Shown piece after piece: positions 37,051 to 44,977 of a stretch of DNA of 53,844 nucleotides. Origin of the DNA: a virus (taxonomy: Duplodnaviria > Caudoviricetes). The notes below the pieces were generated by a model, which saw only the letters and a program-made list of their open reading frames with translations, was not told the origin of the DNA and ran no database searches. Position 1 is the stretch's first letter; each line of letters begins with the position of its first letter. The stretch lies in the IMG/VR virus record IMGVR_UViG_3300032092_000043, positions 1 through 53,844 of that record. One strand, 5' to 3'. Position numbers and translations under genes: made by a program.

Positions 37051-37683
37051 ATGAGTTTTATCGTAGCGTCGTTACCACCCCTGAAGTGTTTTGTCAGGCG
37101 CGAGTTTTTATACAACTTCACCAAAGGGCACGGCGAGTTTGAGCCTGCAATTTGGGTAAGCATCAAGGCCCTGCGCGGTCAGGTCTTCCGCATTGAATCC
37201 CTGCTGCCCAATTACGGAGCCTTGTACGACAAGTTGCCTATTCACGCCTATGTGTGGAAAGAAGACCACGGCAACTTGCCCTTCGACACCTTACAACTGT
37301 GGGACTGCATGGGCTACCGCTTTACGGTTTGCGAGAAGATTGGCCTGCGCAACTTGGGCGTGAAGTTTTTGGGCAAAGACAAGCAGTGGCATCACGGTCG
37401 CTACTTGTTCACCGTTGACTTTTGCGCCGAGGGTATGGACGCTGACACGGGCTTTACCGAGCAGGCCGAGGAACACAAGTCGTTCAATTTCATACGACTG
37501 GAGAACGGTCAGTTTGCTACGCAGCCCAACAACCGCTGCCTGTGGTACGACCAGAGCTTGATCCCCGCCGAGGTGAAGTTCCCCGACTTCCAAGCAGCCA
37601 AAGAGTTCTACACAGTTGACGGCACACGCAAGTGGTCGGCTGGTGATGATTGGTTTTACAACATTGCCCAAAAGGACGCATGA
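37051..37683 (+). CDS. Hypothetical phage protein
   Basis: ATG 37051 overlapping previous stop; globular aromatic-rich 210 aa. Confidence 0.65.
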   Translation: MSFIVASLPPLKCFVRREFLYNFTKGHGEFEPAIWVSIKALRGQVFRIESLLPNYGALYDKLPIHAYVWKEDHGNLPFDTLQLWDCMGYRFTVCEKIGLRNLGVKFLGKDKQWHHGRYLFTVDFCAEGMDADTGFTEQAEEHKSFNFIRLENGQFATQPNNRCLWYDQSLIPAEVKFPDFQAAKEFYTVDGTRKWSAGDDWFYNIAQKDA

Positions 37684-37976
37684 CCACCAAAGCAGAAAAA
37701 CAACACATGAACCGCGTGGCCGAGCTGGGCTGCGCGGTATGCAGGCGCATGGGGTACGAAGGAACCCCCGCCGAATTGCACCATCCAAGGGCCTTGGCGG
37801 GGGGCTGGGGGCGTTCAAGCCACATGGACGTCATCCCACTATGTCCAGAGCACCACAGGGGCGCTACGGGCCTCCACGGCCTTGGCACGAGGGGTTTTCC
37901 TAAGCACTACGGCTACGACGAGGCTGACCTGCTGGAGGATGTTAGAACCCTATTAGGGTTTGTCCCTACAAAATAA
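37680..37976 (+). CDS. Ref-like / DUF968-like HNH nuclease
   Basis: GCAVC, ELHH, IPLCPEHH. Confidence 0.75.
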   Translation: MTTKAEKQHMNRVAELGCAVCRRMGYEGTPAELHHPRALAGGWGRSSHMDVIPLCPEHHRGATGLHGLGTRGFPKHYGYDEADLLEDVRTLLGFVPTK

Positions 37977-38069
37977 TTTAAAAAAGATGTTGCATTGTTT
38001 AATTCTGAGTTACACTACATCCACTGACACAGCAAAACCGCACAGTCAGCACCACAGAAAGACAGCGAA
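37954..38069 (+). promoter_or_regulatory. Early promoter cassette 1
   Basis: TAGGG-N5-CCCTA, AT-rich UP element, TTGCAT-15-TACACT, CACTG leader hairpin. Confidence 0.65.
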
Positions 38070-38369
38070 ATGACCACTACCATCATCACCCCAGCAGCCC
38101 ACGACGTTGACGCCCTCGGCGCACTCTTGGCCCAGATTGCAGCTTTGACCAAAGAAGCTGACGCCATCAAAGACGCCATCAAGAACGACGCAAGCCTGAC
38201 AGGCGACAAGTCCTTTGAGGGCGAACTCTTCAAAGCCACTTACATCGAGAGCAACCGTTCGGTTGTCGACAGCAAAGCTCTGTTCGCAGAGCTGGGCGCA
38301 ACACCTGAGCAGATCGCTCGCCACACCAAAGTGACTGCTGTGTTCAGCGTCAAAGTAACTTCACGTTAA
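38070..38369 (+). CDS. Hypothetical protein
   Basis: 99 aa ORF behind cassette 1. Confidence 0.65.
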   Translation: MTTTIITPAAHDVDALGALLAQIAALTKEADAIKDAIKNDASLTGDKSFEGELFKATYIESNRSVVDSKALFAELGATPEQIARHTKVTAVFSVKVTSR

Positions 38370-38381
38370 TCGGAGCGCACC

Positions 38382-38576
38382 ATGATCAAAGTTGAATACA
38401 TTGAAGAGTTGCAAATGTGGCACGCGGGCTATCAAGACGAGCTTGGCAAGCTTGGCGACGGCTTCACCGCCGAGAAGCGCGACGACGCCATCTTTGCACT
38501 GGGCTTGTCCATGGGACGCAACCCAGAGCGCCACAGCCGCCCACTGGGTGACTACCTCGACCAACCAACGAAATAA
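38382..38576 (+). CDS. Hypothetical protein
   Basis: GGAG RBS. Confidence 0.55.
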   Translation: MIKVEYIEELQMWHAGYQDELGKLGDGFTAEKRDDAIFALGLSMGRNPERHSRPLGDYLDQPTK

Positions 38577-38622
38577 ACCAACAGGGGGCTTTGGCCCCCA
38601 TCAAAAGCGAAAGGAAAGCGAA

Positions 38623-38808
38623 ATGGATAATTACACAGCAACAGGTTTGGCAGAGGGCTTCATCGAGGCCGAGAGCGAAGAGCAGGTGTTGGCTGCATGG
38701 CAGCACCTTGTTGACACGGGCCTTGCGTGGCAACTGCAAGGGTTTTTTGGCCGCACCGCCGCCTCGCTCATTGAGCAGGGTTACATCAACGCACCACAGA
38801 AAGCGTAA
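38623..38808 (+). CDS. Hypothetical protein
   Basis: MDNYTATG...WQHLVDTGLAWQLQGFFGRTA; AAGGA RBS. Confidence 0.65.
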   Translation: MDNYTATGLAEGFIEAESEEQVLAAWQHLVDTGLAWQLQGFFGRTAASLIEQGYINAPQKA

Positions 38809-38810
38809 TC

Positions 38811-39092
38811 ATGAAAATTAAACTCACGGCACACATCCACTACAGAAAACATTCTTGGGAAAAAGAAGGCAGTTACCAAATTTTGTATATCGCACTGCCT
38901 GATGACGAAAGCCTCACCTACATTTGCGCTCAAGAAGTTGAGGTAGAAGTGCCAGACAACTACGACCCACGCGCACAGCAGATTGCCGCGCTGGAGCGTA
39001 AGAGGCAAAAAGTTATGGCTGACTACCAAGCAATGGTCACTGAGATCAACGAGCGCATCAGCAAATTGCAAGCATTGGAGTACACAGCATGA
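38811..39092 (+). CDS. Hypothetical protein
   Basis: 93 aa ORF. Confidence 0.6.
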   Translation: MKIKLTAHIHYRKHSWEKEGSYQILYIALPDDESLTYICAQEVEVEVPDNYDPRAQQIAALERKRQKVMADYQAMVTEINERISKLQALEYTA

Positions 39093-39274
39093 AGCACGCA
39101 CAAGCAGATTACATCAACGCGGGGTACAAGTACGAGAAGGCGACCAACGCCGACAAGGCTCGTGCAGTTGCAGAGAGCATCCGCAAGATGCTTCAGGAAG
39201 AACACATTGACGAGCAATCAGACGCACGCTACTTTGTAGAGCGTGGTCGCAAAGAAGCAAGGGAGACAGCATGA
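39089..39274 (+). CDS. Hypothetical protein
   Basis: ATGA-coupled. Confidence 0.55.
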   Translation: MKHAQADYINAGYKYEKATNADKARAVAESIRKMLQEEHIDEQSDARYFVERGRKEARETA

Positions 39275-39474
39275 ACTGGCAACGCGACACTCAAACTAAC
39301 GAACACTATTTGCCCGTCAATGGGGGCTTGTCATGGAAGGTCTACAAGACCGTTGCAAAAGACTATGCCCTGACCTTGCATCACGAGGACATAGGCCACG
39401 GCGAAGATGTCGAGTTCTTTGAAACACTTGCGCAGGCAAAACGCGAAGCAGAACGTAGAAGGGAGACAGCATGA
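39271..39474 (+). CDS. Hypothetical protein flanked by 18-bp direct repeats
   Basis: ATGA-coupled, GGGAG RBS. Confidence 0.6.
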   Translation: MNWQRDTQTNEHYLPVNGGLSWKVYKTVAKDYALTLHHEDIGHGEDVEFFETLAQAKREAERRRETA

Positions 39475-39788
39475 ACACCGACCACATCGTTCACAACAGC
39501 AACACCCAACGCATGGAGTGCCAGCACTGCAACTTTACTCAGGCCGTCAAGATGCCTGCGCCTATCGACTCCATCTTGAGTACGTTTGATGCCTTCATGG
39601 AGGCCCACAAGGACTGTAAGCGCCCTCCCAGCGAGGCGGTGATGTCTGAGTACATCAAAGGCTTTGACGCTGGCTACAGCTACGTCCTCACCGAGATCGA
39701 GCGCTGGCAGGACGAGGTGGGCGTGGACCTGCATGTGCTGCTGTCGCACCTTCGCATGGAAACAACAAAGGGTAGGGAAAATACCTAG
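39471..39788 (+). CDS. Hypothetical protein with CxxC...HxxC
   Basis: CQHC, HKDC. Confidence 0.6.
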   Translation: MNTDHIVHNSNTQRMECQHCNFTQAVKMPAPIDSILSTFDAFMEAHKDCKRPPSEAVMSEYIKGFDAGYSYVLTEIERWQDEVGVDLHVLLSHLRMETTKGRENT

Positions 39789-39880
39789 AAAATAATTTAA
39801 TAAAGTTGTTGACTTCGTTTAACTTTGAGTTATACTAACTTCACTGCAATAAGCAGGTAACAGCGAATTAGGAGCGAATC
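39773..39880 (+). promoter_or_regulatory. Early promoter cassette 2
   Basis: TAGGG-N5-ACCTA, UP element, TTGACT-16-TATACT, CACTG leader. Confidence 0.8.
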
Positions 39881-40762
39881 ATGAATACAGCATCAAACCC
39901 CTTCGGTGACATGGCAGACGACTTGGGTGCAATTTACGCATCTACACCCGTTGCCCGCGCCACCAACGAAGTGACTTATTTTGAGCAAGATTGCCCCAAG
40001 TGCAGCGGCACTGGAACCTACATGGGTTACAGCCGCTACGGCATGCATTGCTTTACATGTAAAGGCAAAGGAAAGCTGTCCTTTAAAACTTCCCCCGCCA
40101 CCCGTGCTAAGGCAAAAGCCAGTGCACAACGTCGTGCAGCCGCTAAGGTTGACGCGCAAGCCGCTAAGGTTGCAGAGTGGAAAGCTGCTAATCCAGCCGA
40201 GGCTGCATGGGTGGACTCAAGCGCAGAGCGTTTTGAGTTTGCCCGCGCCATGCTCGAGGCCCTCAACAAGTATGGCCACCTCACAGAAAAGCAGATGGCC
40301 ACAGTGCAGCGCCTGACGGCCCAAGATGCAGAGCGTAAGGCCGCCCGCGTTGTCGCGCAAGCAGCACGAGCTGAGTCAGCCCCTGTGGTGTCCGTCGAGG
40401 CCATCGAGGTTGCATTCAACAACGCCAAAGAGTCTGGCGTGAAGTTCCCTAAGCTGCGCCTTGACACCTTTGTCTTCAGCCCTGCTGGTGAGAACAGTAA
40501 AAATGTTGGCGCGATTTATATCAAGTCCAAGGGCGATGGCGTGTATTTGGGCAAGGTCATGGGTGGCCGCCTTTTCACCTCACGCGACTGCACCACAGAG
40601 GCCGCAGCGCGCATTACAGCCGTAGCAAGCGATCCTAAGCAAGCCGCAGTAGCTTACGGTATGAAATTTGGTGCTTGCTCGGTCTGTGGTCGCCAGTTGA
40701 CCGATAGCGATAGCGTCGCTCGTGGTATTGGACCCATCTGCGCAGAGAACTACGGCTTCTAA
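39881..40762 (+). CDS. Zinc-binding protein with C-terminal DUF6011-like domain
   Basis: CPKCSGTG/CFTCKGKG and CSVCGRQLTD..S..RGIGPIC. Confidence 0.75.
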   Translation: MNTASNPFGDMADDLGAIYASTPVARATNEVTYFEQDCPKCSGTGTYMGYSRYGMHCFTCKGKGKLSFKTSPATRAKAKASAQRRAAAKVDAQAAKVAEWKAANPAEAAWVDSSAERFEFARAMLEALNKYGHLTEKQMATVQRLTAQDAERKAARVVAQAARAESAPVVSVEAIEVAFNNAKESGVKFPKLRLDTFVFSPAGENSKNVGAIYIKSKGDGVYLGKVMGGRLFTSRDCTTEAAARITAVASDPKQAAVAYGMKFGACSVCGRQLTDSDSVARGIGPICAENYGF

Positions 40763-40879
40763 GGGTAAGTCCTTAGAAAATATTTTTGCAAAGGGGGTTG
40801 ACCTTCCCTTTGTTTAAGTTACAATTACACCACTGACACAGCAAATCCGCATAGTCAGGTAACAGCGAAGGAAAGCGAA
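40760..40879 (+). promoter_or_regulatory. Early promoter cassette 3
   Basis: TAAGG..CCTTA, UP element, TTGACC-16-TACAAT, CACTG leader hairpin. Confidence 0.75.
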
Positions 40880-41350
40880 ATGAAATATCAATACAACGAT
40901 GGAGGCCGAGAGGCCGCAGGCTACAAAGGCACAGCAGGTGACTGCGTGGCTCGTGCAATTGCAATCGCCTCTGGCTTGCCATACGCAGAGGTGTACGCAA
41001 CCCTTGCCAGTGGGACTGGAAGTCAGCCAGCAGGCAAGCGCGGTAAGCGCTCTGCATCCGCCCGCAGTGGCATCAGCGTCAAGCGCAAATGGTTCAAGGA
41101 CTACATGGCCTCCATTGGCTTCGTATGGACTCCCACAATGGGCATTGGCACTGGGTGCAAAGTCCACCTTCATGATGGCGAACTGCCTATGGGCAACTTG
41201 GTGGTGTCGGTCAGCAAGCACTACACCTCTGTGATTGATGGCGTAATTCACGACACTTGGGATCCACAGCGCGAAACGTATTGGGCAAGTTCCGATGGTA
41301 TAGGGCACGTTTCTCGCAGATGTGTTTACGGGTACTGGGCCAAGGCATAA
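40880..41350 (+). CDS. Hypothetical protein, possible papain-like (Cys-His-Asp) fold
   Basis: GDCVARAIAIA ... KHYTSVIDG.IHDTWDP. Confidence 0.6.
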   Translation: MKYQYNDGGREAAGYKGTAGDCVARAIAIASGLPYAEVYATLASGTGSQPAGKRGKRSASARSGISVKRKWFKDYMASIGFVWTPTMGIGTGCKVHLHDGELPMGNLVVSVSKHYTSVIDGVIHDTWDPQRETYWASSDGIGHVSRRCVYGYWAKA

Positions 41351-41405
41351 AGTGAAGGGGGCTACGGCCCCCATTAAAAGCGAATCAAAACCGAAAGGAA
41401 ATAAA

Positions 41406-41654
41406 ATGTCATACATAGCAGAAATTGAAACCCGCGTGGCAGGCATACCCTGCATCATTGGCGTGATCGAGTACGAGAGCACCGCAGGGTCCTACGACTA
41501 CAACGCCCCCAGCGATTGGGACTACCACGGCTACAGCGAGAGCGAGTGGGAGGTCTGTGACCGTCGTGGCCGCCCCGCCCCATGGTTGGCCAAGAAGCTC
41601 ACCGACGAGGACGAGGCGAAGATCGAAAAAAAAATTGAGAAATATTTTAAATAA
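41406..41654 (+). CDS. Hypothetical protein
   Basis: AAGGA RBS; DRRGRPAPWL. Confidence 0.65.
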   Translation: MSYIAEIETRVAGIPCIIGVIEYESTAGSYDYNAPSDWDYHGYSESEWEVCDRRGRPAPWLAKKLTDEDEAKIEKKIEKYFK

Positions 41655-41728
41655 GTCTTTACAGCCCTCAAATTTAACTTATAATTAAACCACTGCATCC
41701 CGCAGGCAACACAGAAAAGGACAGCGAC
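41638..41728 (+). promoter_or_regulatory. Early promoter cassette 4
   Basis: AT-rich UP element, TTTACA-16-TATAAT, CACTG leader hairpin. Confidence 0.75.
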
Positions 41729-41857
41729 ATGACACAGCAAGAATTCAACCGATTGGTCACGCTGGACATCCAGCGTTTGGTGGCCAAGGCCCAAGCAGAG
41801 TACGAGGCCGAAGTGGCCGAGGAGGAGACAACAGAGGACAGCGAGTCCGCAGAATGA
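41729..41857 (+). CDS. 42-aa acidic peptide (not in ORF track)
   Basis: AAGGA RBS; MTQQEFNRLVTLDIQ...EEETTEDSESAE. Confidence 0.5.
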   Translation: MTQQEFNRLVTLDIQRLVAKAQAEYEAEVAEEETTEDSESAE

Positions 41858-42069
41858 GCGATCTGCCCACCTTCAGCGTGCATGAGCATATGGTCACCTA
41901 CGAAAACCCGAAGGTGATTATTGACGGCCTTGTGTTGTATCGCGAGGCCACCATTGAGATCGATAGCAGCCACATGGGGCAAGAATTCTTGCTTCGCTTG
42001 ATGTACCACATGGGCGAGGGCCATATCCGCGTGAAGGTGGCCAAACTCAAGGAAAAAACAAATGATTGA
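41854..42069 (+). CDS. Hypothetical protein
   Basis: ATGA-coupled. Confidence 0.55.
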   Translation: MSDLPTFSVHEHMVTYENPKVIIDGLVLYREATIEIDSSHMGQEFLLRLMYHMGEGHIRVKVAKLKEKTND

Positions 42070-42289
42070 CAAAATCATTGTCAGCGTGGTGTTGGGCGCG
42101 GTGGGGTTCAGCGGGCTATTCCCTGACCTGCCTCAGCCCCTTACGCCAAGACAGTTGCAGCAGAAGGCAAAAGAGGCGTCAAAGGGCGCGGTTTGCGAGA
42201 AGAAGAAGCAAAGCGAAAAGGTGAAACGGTTATGCAAGCGATGGGGGTATGAGCCAAATGAAGTCAGATTTACCAAACAAAAAACCTGA
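42062..42289 (+). CDS. Hypothetical protein with N-terminal hydrophobic segment
   Basis: AAGGA RBS; MIDKIIVSVVLGAVGF. Confidence 0.5.
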   Translation: MIDKIIVSVVLGAVGFSGLFPDLPQPLTPRQLQQKAKEASKGAVCEKKKQSEKVKRLCKRWGYEPNEVRFTKQKT

Positions 42290-42512
42290 AGAGTCGTTGT
42301 CAGATAAGCTGCTTATTGGTACAATGTTTATTGTGTTTTTGATCGTGATGTGTATGCTGCCAGACATCATGCATTAAGCGAATCAAAACCGAATTGGTTA
42401 CCAGTGAAAGCTGGGTCCAAAATCAACATATAGCGATCCGAAAGCGAAGAGAAACCGAATCGGTTTCGACCAGCACATGCGGCTGGGATCACAAAACAAA
42501 ACGGAGAGCCAT

Positions 42513-42740
42513 ATGGCAAAACGCATTTATATCGTCTACGGCAGCCAAGAAGGCACGCGCCTCGTTAAGGCTAGTTTGCGTCAGCAAGCCCTGAACCACG
42601 TTGCAAGCACTGAGTTTAATATTCGCGTCGCAACGCAGGATGACTTGGTTGAGCAGATCACGGCAGGCACAAAGATTGAGCAGTACCGCGCCCCTGAGCA
42701 GCAAGAGCTGATCGAGGACAGCGAGTCACCCGCAAATTAA
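42513..42740 (+). CDS. Hypothetical protein
   Basis: GGAG RBS; RLVKAS..QALNHVA..RVATQDDLV. Confidence 0.7.
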   Translation: MAKRIYIVYGSQEGTRLVKASLRQQALNHVASTEFNIRVATQDDLVEQITAGTKIEQYRAPEQQELIEDSESPAN

Positions 42741-42789
42741 GCGAATCGGTTACCATTGCCTCATCGACATACGGACGAGGACTAAGGTC

Positions 42790-43392
42790 ATGCCAGAAAC
42801 CGCCGCAAAGCCATCAAAACGAGCTACAGCAGCCCCAAAGCCCAAAGCTAAGGCCAAGGGAGCTGCCACGCCGCGCAAAGCCCTAGAAGCCCCAAAGAAG
42901 ACAAGCAAGTCAACCTACACCAAGCAGATAGCTGACATCATCTGTATACGGCTATCAGAGGGTGAGAGCTTGAAGGAGATCGTAAGGTCAGAGGGGATGC
43001 CAGATAGGGCGACGGTTTATCGTTGGTTGTTGGAGCAGCCTGTTTTCTGCGACATGTACACACGCGCACGAGAAGAGCAGGCCGACACGCTGGCCGACGA
43101 AATCATTGCAATTGCTGATGAGTCCCCTGCGATCAACGAGTTCCGCGACAAGCACGGCGACGTGATAGACATCAAGATCGACTCTGGATATGTGGCCTAC
43201 CAAAAGCAGCGCATTGAGGCCCGCAAGTGGACGGCCATGAAGCTTAAGCCTAGGAAGTACGGCGACAAGCTCGAGCTGGCTGGCGACCCCAACAACCCCA
43301 TGAAAGTCGAGATCCAGTCCGAGGCTGACACCTACCTTGCGGCCCTCTTAAAGAACATAGAGCTAAATAAGCAGGTCGCCGCGAATGAGTGA
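42790..43392 (+). CDS. terS: Terminase small subunit (Sf6/P22-like)
   Basis: ICIRLSEGESL..I...MP...TVYRW, RAREEQAD, RIEARKW..KL.PRKYG. Confidence 0.88.
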   Translation: MPETAAKPSKRATAAPKPKAKAKGAATPRKALEAPKKTSKSTYTKQIADIICIRLSEGESLKEIVRSEGMPDRATVYRWLLEQPVFCDMYTRAREEQADTLADEIIAIADESPAINEFRDKHGDVIDIKIDSGYVAYQKQRIEARKWTAMKLKPRKYGDKLELAGDPNNPMKVEIQSEADTYLAALLKNIELNKQVAANE

Positions 43393-44803
43393 CATAGCCG
43401 AGATCGTGGCTGACCCAGAGACGCAGAGGCATCTAGCGCTGGCCAGCCCCGAGTATCGGTTAGCGTGGGCATGGCGTATGAGCTGGTTCAAGACCCAGCA
43501 CGTCCATCAGACCCTGCCCCCCGGCGAGTGGTGGTCCATCTGGCTGATGCTGGCTGGCCGTGGCGCTGGCAAGACCCGTACAGCAGCCGAGCAGATCGCG
43601 TGGTGGGCCTATGAGAACCCTAGCACGCGCTGGCTGGTGGCCGCCCCAACGAGCGCTGACGTTAGGGCCACATGCTTTGAGGGCGACAGCGGCCTGATCA
43701 CCGTCATCCCCAAGTCGCTGGTGGCCGACTACAACAAGACCGCGCACGAGCTGCGCCTGACAAATGGCAGCCTGATCAAGGGCATCCCCGCATCGGAGCC
43801 TGAGCGCTTCAGGGGGCCGCAGTTCCACGGTGGCTGGTGCGACGAGCTGGCCGCGTGGGATTACATCCAAGAGGCGTGGGACCAAATTCAATTCGGCATG
43901 CGCCTTGGTAAGCGCACCCGCATGATTTGCACGACCACCCCGCGACCGAAAGACCTGATCATTGAGTTGATGGGCCGCGAGGGCGACGACGTGGTGATGA
44001 CCACCGCCTCGACCTATGCCAACCTTGGCAACCTGTCCGAAAACTTTAGGAAGCAGATCCTTGCCTATGAGGGGACCAAGCTCGGGAGGCAGGAAATCTA
44101 CGCAGAGATCATCGACCCCGAGGAGGGCGGCATCGTCAAGCGCGACATGTTCAAGCTCTGGTCAGCAGGCCAGCCCTTCCCCAAGTTCGAGTACATCTTG
44201 CAAAGTTACGACGTGGCTACCTCAGAGAAGGCCCAGAACGACCCGACGGCCTGCATCACGTTCGGCGTGTTCAAGCCGCAGGACGGCCCCATGTCGGCCA
44301 TGATCATCGACTGTTGGCAGGAGCGCATGATGTACCCTGACCTGCGCCCCAAGGTGATCGAGGAGTACGAGACCGTCTTTGGTGAGGGCAAGGACCGCAA
44401 GCGCGTCGACCTGCTGCTGATCGAGGACAAGAGCGCGGGCATCAGCCTGATACAAGACCTGCAACGCGCCCACCTGCCTGTGAGGGCCTACAACCCCGGG
44501 AGAGCCGACAAGCTCCAACGCCTCAACATTGTGTCCAACATCATCGCCCGTGGCCGTGTGTGGATACCCGAAAGCGACAACCGCAAGGGCTACGTCAAGG
44601 ACTGGGCCGAGGGGTTCGTCAGCCAGATCTGCTCCTTTCCCGAGACCACGCACGACGACCTCGTGGACGCCTGCACGCAGGCCCTGCGCTACCTGCGTGA
44701 CGCTGGGTGGCTTGACATCGACCCGCCGCCTGACGACACATGGGACGAGGACGATTACGCCGACACTGGCCGCACAAGAAAGGTGAACCCCTATGCAGTC
44801 TGA
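43385..44803 (+). CDS. terL: Terminase large subunit
   Basis: Walker A AGRGAGKT, Walker B WCDE, TTTPRP, nuclease SYD, IEDKSAG, HDDLVDA. Confidence 0.95.
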   Translation: MSDIAEIVADPETQRHLALASPEYRLAWAWRMSWFKTQHVHQTLPPGEWWSIWLMLAGRGAGKTRTAAEQIAWWAYENPSTRWLVAAPTSADVRATCFEGDSGLITVIPKSLVADYNKTAHELRLTNGSLIKGIPASEPERFRGPQFHGGWCDELAAWDYIQEAWDQIQFGMRLGKRTRMICTTTPRPKDLIIELMGREGDDVVMTTASTYANLGNLSENFRKQILAYEGTKLGRQEIYAEIIDPEEGGIVKRDMFKLWSAGQPFPKFEYILQSYDVATSEKAQNDPTACITFGVFKPQDGPMSAMIIDCWQERMMYPDLRPKVIEEYETVFGEGKDRKRVDLLLIEDKSAGISLIQDLQRAHLPVRAYNPGRADKLQRLNIVSNIIARGRVWIPESDNRKGYVKDWAEGFVSQICSFPETTHDDLVDACTQALRYLRDAGWLDIDPPPDDTWDEDDYADTGRTRKVNPYAV

Positions 44804-44975
44804 CCAACCCGCCAAGATAGAGATGTGCGCCAACCGCTTTGAGTTGATAAGCTCATGGGGTGAGCCTGTCGACAAGGCGTGGGCGCGTGACATGTTCGAG
44901 CGCTGGCTAAATCAACGGGTGGACTTGACAGATGCCAGCGTTTATGATGACTTAATTCCAGCAAAAGGTAAATAA
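44793..44975 (+). CDS. Small hypothetical protein
   Basis: 60 aa ORF filling gap between terL and next gene. Confidence 0.4.
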   Translation: MQSDQPAKIEMCANRFELISSWGEPVDKAWARDMFERWLNQRVDLTDASVYDDLIPAKGK

Positions 44976-44977
44976 GC

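Noticed and set aside
44925-44948. TTGACA...TATGAT promoter before the polyvalent gene
   Set aside because: Spacing is only 12 bp
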